From a virus, in the IMG/VR virus record IMGVR_UViG_3300029235_000303: a stretch of DNA of 64,000 nucleotides; one strand, given 5' to 3'. The notes beneath the pieces were generated by a model. It was not told the origin of the DNA, searched no databases, and saw nothing but the letters and a program-made list of their open reading frames with translations. The first letter of the stretch is position 1. The number at the start of each line of letters is the position of its first letter. Shown here one piece after another: positions 47,114-55,894 of this stretch. A program made the translations under genes and the position numbers.

Positions 47114-47596
47114 ATGAAAATAGAATTGATTAGATTAAAATTTAATGGCACTCATTCGTACAAGTATAATCCATTTAAGCATTGCTGTGATGAAATTCAG
47201 AAGGATAAAACTATTGTATTTACAGGTGAAGATATAAATGATATTGGTGGAGAATATGAAGATGATGGCATCTATATTCCACAATTTTGTACTTCCTATA
47301 CACAAACAGTTGGTTCTTGGGAGGACGAATGGGAGCAGACAGACAATTTTCCAATTAAATTCTGCCCTCATTGCGGTGAAAAGATTGAGATTTCAGTTGT
47401 AGATAAGATTGATGTATCTGATAAATATGAAGAATTAACTAAGCAGCGTGATGAATTATGGGAGAGGTGTCAGAGAACAGATAGTAAGAAGAAAGAATCT
47501 GAACTAAGAGAGCAGGTTGGAAAGCTTGATAAGCAGATTGACAGTTTCTATTGGTTGGATGAGTGGAAAGGAGAATATTATTATGGCAGTATTTAA
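47114..47596 (+). CDS. hypothetical protein with zinc ribbon
   Basis: GAAGGATAAAGAT then ATG; ...CPHCG... Confidence 0.4.
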   Translation: MKIELIRLKFNGTHSYKYNPFKHCCDEIQKDKTIVFTGEDINDIGGEYEDDGIYIPQFCTSYTQTVGSWEDEWEQTDNFPIKFCPHCGEKIEISVVDKIDVSDKYEELTKQRDELWERCQRTDSKKKESELREQVGKLDKQIDSFYWLDEWKGEYYYGSI

Positions 47597-47858
47597 AAAT
47601 TTTAAAGATGATGAATTGATTGTAAGTTGTAAGTGTGGATGTGACGAAGGTATTCATTTTAAAATTCATGATTATGGAGATGGCGACTATGCTTTCTTAT
47701 CATATACAAATGGTAACTTTTACACTCAGCAAAGACCATTCTTTGAAAAATTGAAGAAGATTTGGGCGATTATTATGAATAAGGATTTTTATTATTCAGA
47801 TATTGTGCTTACAAAGGAAGATTTTAAAGAGTTTAAGGAATGGATTAATAGAAAGTAA
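47583..47858 (+). CDS. hypothetical protein
   Basis: GGAAAGGAGAATATTATT then ATG at 47583. Confidence 0.4.
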   Translation: MAVFKNFKDDELIVSCKCGCDEGIHFKIHDYGDGDYAFLSYTNGNFYTQQRPFFEKLKKIWAIIMNKDFYYSDIVLTKEDFKEFKEWINRK

Positions 47859-47869
47859 AGGAGATTGCT

Positions 47870-48070
47870 ATGAATAGAAATTTGGATGGATATTATTTTA
47901 GAGTTAAAAGAGATGGAAAATGGGACAATGTTTGTTGGTCTGATATGACAGATGAAGAAAGAGACGAGCAAATGACTAATCGTAGTGAAGAATGGTTAAA
48001 GTCGCTATGTAAGGGACTTGGTAATGTTATTCATAAGATTGGTGAAGATTTAGATATTGCGTGTGAATAA
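47870..48070 (+). CDS. hypothetical protein
   Basis: AAAGGAGATTGCT then ATG. Confidence 0.4.
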   Translation: MNRNLDGYYFRVKRDGKWDNVCWSDMTDEERDEQMTNRSEEWLKSLCKGLGNVIHKIGEDLDIACE

Positions 48071-48172
48071 AAGTAAATTCAGGTTTCTTTGGTAACAAAG
48101 AGAGAATATTAAAGTAAGGATAAAATCAATGATTTTTATGAACTAAGAAAAAATAAAAGAGGTGAACGATTA

Positions 48173-48799
48173 ATGTCTTTAGTATATAAAAATGACACAT
48201 ATAACTATAATGGTGAATATGAAATGGGTTCATTAAATAAATTTGCACAAGTAGAAAGAAGATTGTCAGCAAAGAAACAAGCATTAGATGATATGAAGAA
48301 TGAATATAATCTTATTGAACAACAGGCATTTCGCACTTATAAAGAGAATATTCAGTATATACTGCTTGATCAACCTTCTACGATTAAAACGTGTAGAGAA
48401 TGGTTAAATATGTTATCAAAGAATCAGGATGCAGATGGTAACAAGCTTGATAAGAGAAAGAAATATAAAGAAAAGGAAACATATGATTGGTATATTGATT
48501 ATATTAAAAAGCTTCTTGATATTGAGTATATGAATAACGTTAAATTCATTGATTATAATTTTGGTCAAGCTACTAATATCCAGTTTGAATATAAAGAGCA
48601 TAATTGGTATTTAGAAATTCCTCATATTAAAGCTATCAAATTAGATGCATATAAGAATTATGGTGGCAGTGTATTTAAACTTGCGTTAGTACACAATAAT
48701 ACAGAATATAGTTGTAGTTGGTCGCAGTTTGGCTCTACATATGAGGAAGATGAATTAAGAGATATTATGGCACAAGGTATTGAGAAATATTGTAATTAG
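48173..48799 (+). CDS. hypothetical protein
   Basis: AAGAGGTGAACGATTA then ATG. Confidence 0.45.
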   Translation: MSLVYKNDTYNYNGEYEMGSLNKFAQVERRLSAKKQALDDMKNEYNLIEQQAFRTYKENIQYILLDQPSTIKTCREWLNMLSKNQDADGNKLDKRKKYKEKETYDWYIDYIKKLLDIEYMNNVKFIDYNFGQATNIQFEYKEHNWYLEIPHIKAIKLDAYKNYGGSVFKLALVHNNTEYSCSWSQFGSTYEEDELRDIMAQGIEKYCN

Positions 48800-48851
48800 T
48801 TGAGGTAACTTCACAGGAAAGCAACATATCCTTGGATTATAGAGGTGATAT

Positions 48852-49142
48852 ATGAAACGAGAAAATTTAGAAAAAGCAACAAAAATTAATCAAGAAATCA
48901 AGAGACTCGAACAAGAAATAGAGTTTCTTGACGATGCAAATATGAGAAGAACACATTCAATAGTTAAGGCATTAAAACCAAAGGAGTATACATATAAGGG
49001 ATATTTTTGCTCAGAGCGAAATATTGATTCTATTGGTTCATGTATATATTTAGATCATAAAGAATGTGTAGCTCTTGCAGATTTTAAACGAAATGAAATT
49101 GAAGAATTGCAGAAGCAATATGAATTATTGGATTCTGAATAA
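48852..49142 (+). CDS. hypothetical protein
   Basis: ATATCCTTGG, then ATTATAGAGGTGATAT, then ATG. Confidence 0.4.
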   Translation: MKRENLEKATKINQEIKRLEQEIEFLDDANMRRTHSIVKALKPKEYTYKGYFCSERNIDSIGSCIYLDHKECVALADFKRNEIEELQKQYELLDSE

Positions 49143-49170
49143 AAGAGAATAATACATTGGAGGTGAAATT

Positions 49171-49563
49171 ATGTATCAAAATTGTTGTAAGAAATGTGGA
49201 AGCATTTCACTGCATACAGAATTAAAAGGTAATAATACAGGACTTTATTGTGATGATTGCGGAGCATGGATCAAATGGCTCGGAAAAAATGAATTGAGAG
49301 CTTTCGAACATGCAAATAAATCAAGAGGTTTAAGAGCAACTGCAAAAATATATGGCGATGTATTTGCCAATAATTCAACAGATAATGAAAACATTAGTGA
49401 TTGTTTGATTATTGGATTTGATAAACATAAGGGTGAACAAACTTGGATGTCTATTGGTAGAAAAGATGGAGACGCATTGAACATTGTAAACATGATTAAG
49501 GATGAAAGAGCAGAAGAATTATATAAGCAACTACTTTCAACTCAAAAATCAGTTTCGCAGTAA
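49171..49563 (+). CDS. hypothetical protein with N-terminal zinc ribbon
   Basis: TTGGAGGTGAAATT then ATG; CKKCG...CDDCG. Confidence 0.4.
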   Translation: MYQNCCKKCGSISLHTELKGNNTGLYCDDCGAWIKWLGKNELRAFEHANKSRGLRATAKIYGDVFANNSTDNENISDCLIIGFDKHKGEQTWMSIGRKDGDALNIVNMIKDERAEELYKQLLSTQKSVSQ

Positions 49564-49683
49564 ACCAATCTTTCTTTGGAAAATTTTTAATCATATCTAA
49601 GCCATTCGGCTATGGGAATCCCAACAAATAAGAGAATATTACAGTATAACTAATAAAAATATTACATATAAAGGAGATTTTAA

Positions 49684-50235
49684 ATGAAGAACACAAATTG
49701 GAAAGTGCCAGTAATTATTGGCGTAGGAGTATTAGCAGTTATTTTGATGATTGTATTTGGTGTACAGAGTTCGCAGAATAAAGCTATTGCACTTGAGGAG
49801 CAGGTAAATACAGCGTCATCAGATATTAAGGTACAGGAAAAGCGAAGAGTTGATCTTGTATATAACCTTGCTGATTGCGTAAAACAGTATGACAAACATG
49901 AAGCTGATACATTGACAGCAGTTGCAGATGGTCGTGGATCAACAGGAGATATTGAGAATGTAACAACAGCTATTACAGCAGTTGCAGAAGCATATCCTGA
50001 GTTGAAGTCAAATGAGAACTATAAGACTCTTATGAATGAGTTATCTATGACAGAGAATATGATTGCAGAGTATCGCAGCAATTACAATAAGCAGATTAAG
50101 GAATACAAGAGATATGTAAGAAAGTTCCCTACAAGACAGTTCCTTGGATTGCTTGGATATGAAGTGCAGGAATATGAGTATCTGGATTACAATGCGCCAG
50201 TTGATGCTCCACAGTCGTTGTTCAAAGAGGATTAG
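49684..50235 (+). CDS. lemA: LemA family protein
   Basis: N-terminal TM, then ...DIKVQEKRRVDLVYNLADCVKQYDKHEADTL... and ...AYPELKSNENYKTLMNELSMTENMIAEYRSNYN..., matching the LemA pattern. Confidence 0.65.
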   Translation: MKNTNWKVPVIIGVGVLAVILMIVFGVQSSQNKAIALEEQVNTASSDIKVQEKRRVDLVYNLADCVKQYDKHEADTLTAVADGRGSTGDIENVTTAITAVAEAYPELKSNENYKTLMNELSMTENMIAEYRSNYNKQIKEYKRYVRKFPTRQFLGLLGYEVQEYEYLDYNAPVDAPQSLFKED

Positions 50236-50238
50236 TAT

Positions 50239-51000
50239 ATGAGACATGGTAGAAAGGGTTTTGATTTTGGCGATTTTGAAATAACAAAACGTGAAATTTT
50301 GGCTAGTATTTCTATCATTGCAGTTATGATTCTGTTTGGTATTCTGATTTCTTCCAAGATTTCAGAATGTCAAATGGATAAAAATGAAATTTATAATAAG
50401 GCTGTTAAGATAGAAAGTCAAGAAATGTTCCAATACGGAATGGACACAAATGTTGGTAATGCGTTTGTATATGGTGATTTAAAAGCGGTAGATACAGTTA
50501 CATATCCTGAAATCGGTGGAGAATATATGTATGTAGAAAAAATTAAAGAGCAATATACGATGCATACAAGACAAGTAGCTCATACAAGAACTGTTAATGG
50601 CAAATCACAAACTTATTATACAACAGAAACATATTGGACTTGGGATAAAGTTGGAAGTGAAGATATTAAGTGCAAAGAAATATTGTTTTGTGGAGTAATT
50701 TTCACAAGTAATAAAATTGATTTACCTGGTACTGATTATATTGACACAATTAAAGAGTCAAGTCATGTGAGATATAAGTATTATGGTGTTGACACTGAAT
50801 ATAAAGGAACAATTTTTACAGATTTGAGAGATAAAACCATTTCTGATAACACATCATTTTATAATAATTTGACTATTGACGAGACGATAGAAAGGCTAGA
50901 ATCTGATTTTCCAATTATTATTTTCTGGATCTTTTGGGTTATTTTAATCGGTGGAATGGTATTTGGGTTCTACTATTTGGATAATAGATGGTTAGATTAG
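50239..51000 (+). CDS. membrane protein (N- and C-terminal TM), LemA partner
   Basis: Starts 4 nt after lemA; hydrophobic helices at both ends. Confidence 0.45.
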   Translation: MRHGRKGFDFGDFEITKREILASISIIAVMILFGILISSKISECQMDKNEIYNKAVKIESQEMFQYGMDTNVGNAFVYGDLKAVDTVTYPEIGGEYMYVEKIKEQYTMHTRQVAHTRTVNGKSQTYYTTETYWTWDKVGSEDIKCKEILFCGVIFTSNKIDLPGTDYIDTIKESSHVRYKYYGVDTEYKGTIFTDLRDKTISDNTSFYNNLTIDETIERLESDFPIIIFWIFWVILIGGMVFGFYYLDNRWLD

Positions 51001-51040
51001 CAAGAAATTTTTCTTTCTTGTGAAGAGTGGAGGTGTGAAT

Positions 51041-51343
51041 ATGTATCAAGAATTAAAAGGTGATGAAAATTTTTCAGATAAATACGCAACATGGGTTATA
51101 GCATATTGTTTAGATACAGATTCATTTTTTGTAACGAATCAAAGACATTTCTTTTGGGAATATAATGATGAATTCCAATGCGAAAACGATGCGGTTAATT
51201 ATTTCAGAAACCATTTGAATGAGTTTAGAAATGCTAGGAAAGAAATATTAAGTAATTGTGGTGGATGGAGCATTGATAAGGATTTGTTTTTAGAAAACAC
51301 GAAAGAAAGGTTTTTAAATGCAAATAGGAGAATAATATCATGA
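51041..51343 (+). CDS. hypothetical protein
   Basis: AGTGGAGGTGTGAAT then ATG. Confidence 0.4.
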   Translation: MYQELKGDENFSDKYATWVIAYCLDTDSFFVTNQRHFFWEYNDEFQCENDAVNYFRNHLNEFRNARKEILSNCGGWSIDKDLFLENTKERFLNANRRIIS

Positions 51344-51657
51344 AGTTGATTAACAAATATGCAAATTCAAGATATTCAAAAATGAATGAATATTATTGTG
51401 GAATCACAACAGAATTGGACAAGCTTGTTGTACTTGATCCTAATGGACACTGGAAACATTATGTGCTTTGTGATTATGAGTATGGTTGTTTGCCCATCAG
51501 AATTCCAGGTGGAACACTTGGAACTATTGAGTATGATGAGAATAAGATTATTACAAAAATTCATGTTTGCACTGATTATGTTGTAAAAACTTATCCTGAT
51601 GATGTAAATGAACAGCTTCAGAAGTTTATTGGTCAGAAGATAGAAATGGAAGAATAA
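51340..51657 (+). CDS. hypothetical protein
   Basis: Overlapping ATGA start. Confidence 0.4.
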   Translation: MKLINKYANSRYSKMNEYYCGITTELDKLVVLDPNGHWKHYVLCDYEYGCLPIRIPGGTLGTIEYDENKIITKIHVCTDYVVKTYPDDVNEQLQKFIGQKIEMEE

Positions 51658-51661
51658 CATT

Positions 51662-51919
51662 ATGGGACAGTTAATTGATAAAACAGTATTACGAAAAGAA
51701 TTATCTAAGCTGCCATCTGAAATGGGATTTGTAAGAAAGTCTGATGTAATGCAAACTCTTGGCAGTCAGAAATGTGCTTACAATATAAAAGAAGAGAAAA
51801 ATAAAACACTTGATGAAGTCCTAAAAGCTTGTGACATTGAATGTGGATTTTACAGTGGCGATGTTAAAAATCTTACAAGGCACGTTTTAATGAGAGTGTT
51901 GGATGGATTGAGAGAATAA
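51662..51919 (+). CDS. hypothetical protein
   Basis: ATG 4 nt after the previous stop. Confidence 0.4.
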   Translation: MGQLIDKTVLRKELSKLPSEMGFVRKSDVMQTLGSQKCAYNIKEEKNKTLDEVLKACDIECGFYSGDVKNLTRHVLMRVLDGLRE

Positions 51920-51938
51920 ATAATTGTGAGGTGATGAA

Positions 51939-52835
51939 GTGAAATATACAGAGCGAAAAGATTACAACAAGGTAATAACAGTTAAACTTGTAATTCCAGG
52001 TGGCTGTAATGCGAAATGTCCGTTTTGTTACAATAAAGACAAAGATATGTCGTGTGATAAGCAACAGTTTTTAGATAATTTCATCGAATCACTTGATGAT
52101 ATTACAACAAGAATAGGTGATAAAAATCCTATATCAGTTGATATAACTGGTGGCGAACCAACTTTAGATCCTGAATATTTATCAAAAGTGTTTATCAAAT
52201 TGAAAGAGTTCAATATTAAATCAAAGGTTCTTAGAGTAACTATGACAACAAATGGCACTCATCTAAAAGAAGTAATTCCATATATGAAAGATGTTGTTGA
52301 TTATGTAAATATTTCAATTCACGATTGGCGACCAATAAGAAGAGAAGAAATACTTGGATTTTGTTTCAATGGGATTGACTACAAGGATATGATTCAGCAG
52401 CTTAACAATATTGGAATTACAGTATCAGCGTGTGCAGTTATATTTAAGAAAATTCCAAACTTTGTAAAGTGGAGAGACTTCTTCATTAATTGGGCGAAAG
52501 ATGTAGGGTTTATTGCGGTAAGATTTAGATGTGATGTTTTCTGGAATGATTCTGATATATTTGATTCTTATTTAACAGAGTCGATGAGTGAAACTGATAA
52601 ATTTGATGTTATTGATTATGAAAACACAACGGATTCTCATTGGTGTAGACTTCGCAGAAAAGATAAGATGAGAGTATTTTTCTTGCATGGTGTTTTAGAC
52701 ACTTCAATCAAAACAAAAGGTATTGAATATGTAATAGATACTGATGGTCACTGTTATTGTGATTATTACAGAAGGACTAAAGTAGAAGATTATCAATATG
52801 AAGTTGGAAAGATTTATGATGCAGTGAGTGATTAA
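51939..52835 (+). CDS. radical SAM protein
   Basis: ...VIPGGCNAKCPFCYN... (CxxxCxxC) and ...DITGGEPTLDPEY...; C-terminal extra Cys (HCYCDYY). GTG start after GAGGTGATGAA. Confidence 0.6.
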   Translation: MKYTERKDYNKVITVKLVIPGGCNAKCPFCYNKDKDMSCDKQQFLDNFIESLDDITTRIGDKNPISVDITGGEPTLDPEYLSKVFIKLKEFNIKSKVLRVTMTTNGTHLKEVIPYMKDVVDYVNISIHDWRPIRREEILGFCFNGIDYKDMIQQLNNIGITVSACAVIFKKIPNFVKWRDFFINWAKDVGFIAVRFRCDVFWNDSDIFDSYLTESMSETDKFDVIDYENTTDSHWCRLRRKDKMRVFFLHGVLDTSIKTKGIEYVIDTDGHCYCDYYRRTKVEDYQYEVGKIYDAVSD

Positions 52836-53149
52836 ATAGAGAATAACTTAACAGTACGAATGTTCTTTTGGCGATTACATATTCATTTATCCAGATTCTA
52901 CGTAGGATATTAAAGATGAGGCTGTATCATAAAATAACTGTGTTGCTTCGTACATAGATAAAGTTATTGACAGCCAGTGCCACATTCTTTTCTTGAGAAA
53001 GAAGAGTAAACCAGATGAGAGTTTGGTAACGATTGAAACAATCATATTGTACAAGCTAGACGAAGATTTAATGATGATGTAACAGCAGAGGATCAGAAAG
53101 CTATTGATGCATTTAACAAAAAGTTTGTGAATAAGGAGGATAAAGCAGC

Positions 53150-53593
53150 GTGATTAAAGGTGATCGAATTAAATTAGTTAAGAAAATGGGTGTGTTTGAT
53201 AACATTGGTGAGATTTGTGAAGTAACTGATATTCAGGAAGGTGGAGCAACCTGCTTTAAGTTCTGTGAATGTAATCTTGGTTGTATGTCATATGACGAGT
53301 ATGAAAAGTATTTTTTTGAGAAGGTTGAGACACCTGTAAAGGGGACTTGGAGTAAATGGGGAGTGCCTCTTCCTATAGCTTTCTTTGATATTGGAGGTGT
53401 TAAAAGGATTATTAATTATCAGTCAAGAACTAATGGGAAAAAGGTGCAAGTAAGATATGGAGAGATTAAAGCAGAAGCTACTTGCTGCAAAGATGATGTT
53501 TTTGATTTTGAGAAAGGATTAGCACTTGCAAAAAGTCGTTTGATTGTAAAATATCTTGATAATCAGGTTAAGTCGATTGCAAAGGCGATGTAA
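53150..53593 (+). CDS. hypothetical protein
   Basis: AAGGAGGATAAAGCAGC then GTG. Confidence 0.4.
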   Translation: MIKGDRIKLVKKMGVFDNIGEICEVTDIQEGGATCFKFCECNLGCMSYDEYEKYFFEKVETPVKGTWSKWGVPLPIAFFDIGGVKRIINYQSRTNGKKVQVRYGEIKAEATCCKDDVFDFEKGLALAKSRLIVKYLDNQVKSIAKAM

Positions 53594-53608
53594 TGAGAAA
53601 ATAAATAT

Positions 53609-53935
53609 ATGGCTGGTAAAGAATTAAGTAAAGTACAGTTTATGAAAACCTTTGAAGATTACTATAATTTTGAACAGAAAAACATTATCTTAAATTCAAT
53701 CAGAGTAGCAGTATTATATGATGATAAACACTTTAAAAATATTCCATTTTATATTCAAGTAGCAGGTGAAAATGGATTTCGTGTTAAACCATACTTTTCA
53801 AAAGGAAAGTTTCTTATTATGTACGACTATGTGGTGGAAGCATATAAGGTTACAATTCCAGCTAATGCATTTTCTTATCATATGAATGAGAATGGAGATT
53901 TTGAAATCTGCATTCCGAGCGCAGAGAATAAATAA
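53609..53935 (+). CDS. hypothetical protein
   Basis: GAGAAAATAAATAT then ATG. Confidence 0.4.
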   Translation: MAGKELSKVQFMKTFEDYYNFEQKNIILNSIRVAVLYDDKHFKNIPFYIQVAGENGFRVKPYFSKGKFLIMYDYVVEAYKVTIPANAFSYHMNENGDFEICIPSAENK

Positions 53936-53960
53936 GAATGGTGTCAATGGAGGTAAAACA

Positions 53961-54533
53961 ATGGAGAAGTTTTATATTGTAACAAATGAGAAATTCCTCA
54001 AAGAGATTGATGATTATAGAAAACATGGCGAAGAGAGAAGAATAGTAACAAATAATTTTTTCGAGGATAAAGGTATTGCTGGGAATGAATATTATATCGG
54101 TGGAGATGGATTTGTAAATCGTCCATTTAAAGAATATGAAAAGCATAATATTAGATTATATATTACCGATTGCAATGAAAATAATCAGAAATTTGGTAAA
54201 GAGTTACTGAAACCAAATAAATTATTCAACGATTCTGATGTGTTAATGAGGAAATTTAGAGCTAACAGTAAGACTTTAAAAGAGTTTCAAGACTTATGTA
54301 TTGAAAATAATATTGTTATTAACAATCATCCCATTCGAGTAGGAGACTATTTCAAGGAATTGCATTTAGGTGGGTATTCAGTTTCAAGGTTTGAGTATGA
54401 GAATAAGTTATATTTAAATATTTCTACAACAAAATATGAAACTATTACACCAGACGATGATACAGGTTTTACAGAAATTAAAGGTAGTGAATTTTATAAA
54501 GTGCTTGAAGAATTTGAATCGAAGAATGAGTAA
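53961..54533 (+). CDS. hypothetical protein
   Basis: AATGGAGGTAAAACA then ATG at 53961. Confidence 0.4.
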   Translation: MEKFYIVTNEKFLKEIDDYRKHGEERRIVTNNFFEDKGIAGNEYYIGGDGFVNRPFKEYEKHNIRLYITDCNENNQKFGKELLKPNKLFNDSDVLMRKFRANSKTLKEFQDLCIENNIVINNHPIRVGDYFKELHLGGYSVSRFEYENKLYLNISTTKYETITPDDDTGFTEIKGSEFYKVLEEFESKNE

Positions 54534-54560
54534 ATATCGGTTTCCTTGGGAGGTAAAATA

Positions 54561-54986
54561 ATGGAGATTTTAGGAAATAAATTAAAAAGATTTTTTGACA
54601 TTGTAGATAATCCACCAAATGATGCTGAAATTACATATGCTGGAAATAGATATGAGGTATGGGAAATATCTGGAAACCTATTTAATAAGATGTGTGATAT
54701 GTCAGAAGATGAATTTGTTAAATTAGCAGGCGAAGATGCATGGTGGAGACAGTGTGATGGTAGTGTACTTGGAGTACCTGATACAAAATTCATTATTAGT
54801 GGTGAAGAAATGGTAGGTTGGAATACAAGAGGAGAATATGAAAATTTTCAGTATGCTAAATTGACTGATTATCTGTGCTATGGAATTGGAGCATCGCAAC
54901 CTAAAAATGTATGTGCTTGTTGTGTGGATCTTGCAAAATACAATGATATGACAATGGCAGAATTATTTGAAAAGTATGGAGAATAA
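54561..54986 (+). CDS. hypothetical protein
   Basis: GGTTTCCTTGGG, then AGGTAAAATA, then ATG. Confidence 0.4.
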   Translation: MEILGNKLKRFFDIVDNPPNDAEITYAGNRYEVWEISGNLFNKMCDMSEDEFVKLAGEDAWWRQCDGSVLGVPDTKFIISGEEMVGWNTRGEYENFQYAKLTDYLCYGIGASQPKNVCACCVDLAKYNDMTMAELFEKYGE

Positions 54987-55060
54987 CCTATTAGGGAGGT
55001 GCATGACATATCGAAAAATATCTAAGTATCAAAGATGCGTCAAATTACTTAGTTGAAGAA

Positions 55061-55243
55061 ATGAAGAAGCATGACGAGTCTTATGGTGGTGAAGTAAAAG
55101 ATGTTGAGCTTGACAAAGAGCAAGCAGATAAACAGACATTAGGATGGATAAAATTGGCTTTATCTAATTCTGGTTATCCAAGTAGAGAATGTAAAGAAAG
55201 ATTAAAAAGAATATATGAAGGAGTTAAACACGATGGAGAATAA
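55061..55243 (+). CDS. hypothetical protein
   Basis: ATG at 55061; short basic/acidic protein. Confidence 0.35.
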   Translation: MKKHDESYGGEVKDVELDKEQADKQTLGWIKLALSNSGYPSRECKERLKRIYEGVKHDGE

Positions 55244-55490
55244 CAAAGTAAGACAGTTTATAGATTTACTTATCAATGAGGAAGTGACAATCGAAAATGC
55301 AGTTAAGACATCGGGTGTTGGCAATATGAAATTAGTTGATGTTTTAAAGTCTATTTCAGAGATGGAGTTTGAAAGTATTAAAGCCTTTTCAAGTGCTGTT
55401 TCTGGTATGAATAGTATGAAGGAAGCCATTCAGACGGTCAAGGATCTGGATGATGCGTTAGTAGAGCTAAAGAAATCTTCTGAAAAGTAG
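55233..55490 (+). CDS. hypothetical protein
   Basis: GAAGGAGTTAAACACG then ATG at 55233. Confidence 0.4.
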   Translation: MENNKVRQFIDLLINEEVTIENAVKTSGVGNMKLVDVLKSISEMEFESIKAFSSAVSGMNSMKEAIQTVKDLDDALVELKKSSEK

Positions 55491-55731
55491 AGAATATAAA
55501 AACAGCAGAACAGATTGTACAAGTTTGGCGACCTAACAATCTGCTCTACAGAGAATAAAATATAGGATAAACTATATTTGTTCTATTGTAACAAATCTAT
55601 TTGGCTAATTCAAGCCAGTTTATCCTATAACAAGTATTCCAAAAGAGAAATCAATTGGATAGTGGGCGTGGGTTTCGTCTATTGAACTTAAACTTCAAGA
55701 ATACCAAGTAAATTACAAATACATATTTGAG
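55491..55731 (+). ncRNA. structured leader / candidate guide-scaffold (tracrRNA- or omega-RNA-like) upstream of repeat array
   Basis: No ORF. Nested stems: AGCAGAACAGATTG...CAATCTGCTCT; 13-bp TATAGGATAAACT / AGTTTATCCTATA enclosing ATTTGTT-ctattgt-AACAAAT and TGGC...GCCA; a GC-rich GGGCGTGGGTTTCG patch. AGTTTATCCTATAA is partly complementary to the repeat 3' end TTATAAGGTAATAAAC. Confidence 0.3.
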
Positions 55732-55894
55732 GTTTTAGAACCATGTTAATTTATAAGGTAATAAACCTATGCTATTGAACGATATTAAGTCTGATAGTTT
55801 TAGAACCATGTTAATTTATAAGGTAATAAACCAGGCTTGCATGGTTGGCTTAATATAAAAGGATTTTAGAATGATGTTAATTTAAGGAGAACTC
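55732..55894 (+). CRISPR. mini CRISPR-like array (2 perfect + 1 degenerate 36-nt repeats, spacers 29 and 28 nt)
   Basis: R1 55732-55767 and R2 55797-55832 are both GTTTTAGAACCATGTTAATTTATAAGGTAATAAACC. S1 55768-55796, S2 55833-55860. Degenerate R3 55861-55894 GGATTTTAGAATGATGTTAATTTAAGGAGAACTC runs into the ATG of the TnpB-like gene. Confidence 0.6.

Noticed and set aside
55732-55894. Interpretation of the repeats as IS200/IS605 terminal hairpins around tnpB
   Set aside because: The repeats are tandem and direct with unique spacers on one side of the gene. No matching copy lies downstream of the ORF within 2 kb. The only other related copy is 17 kb away.
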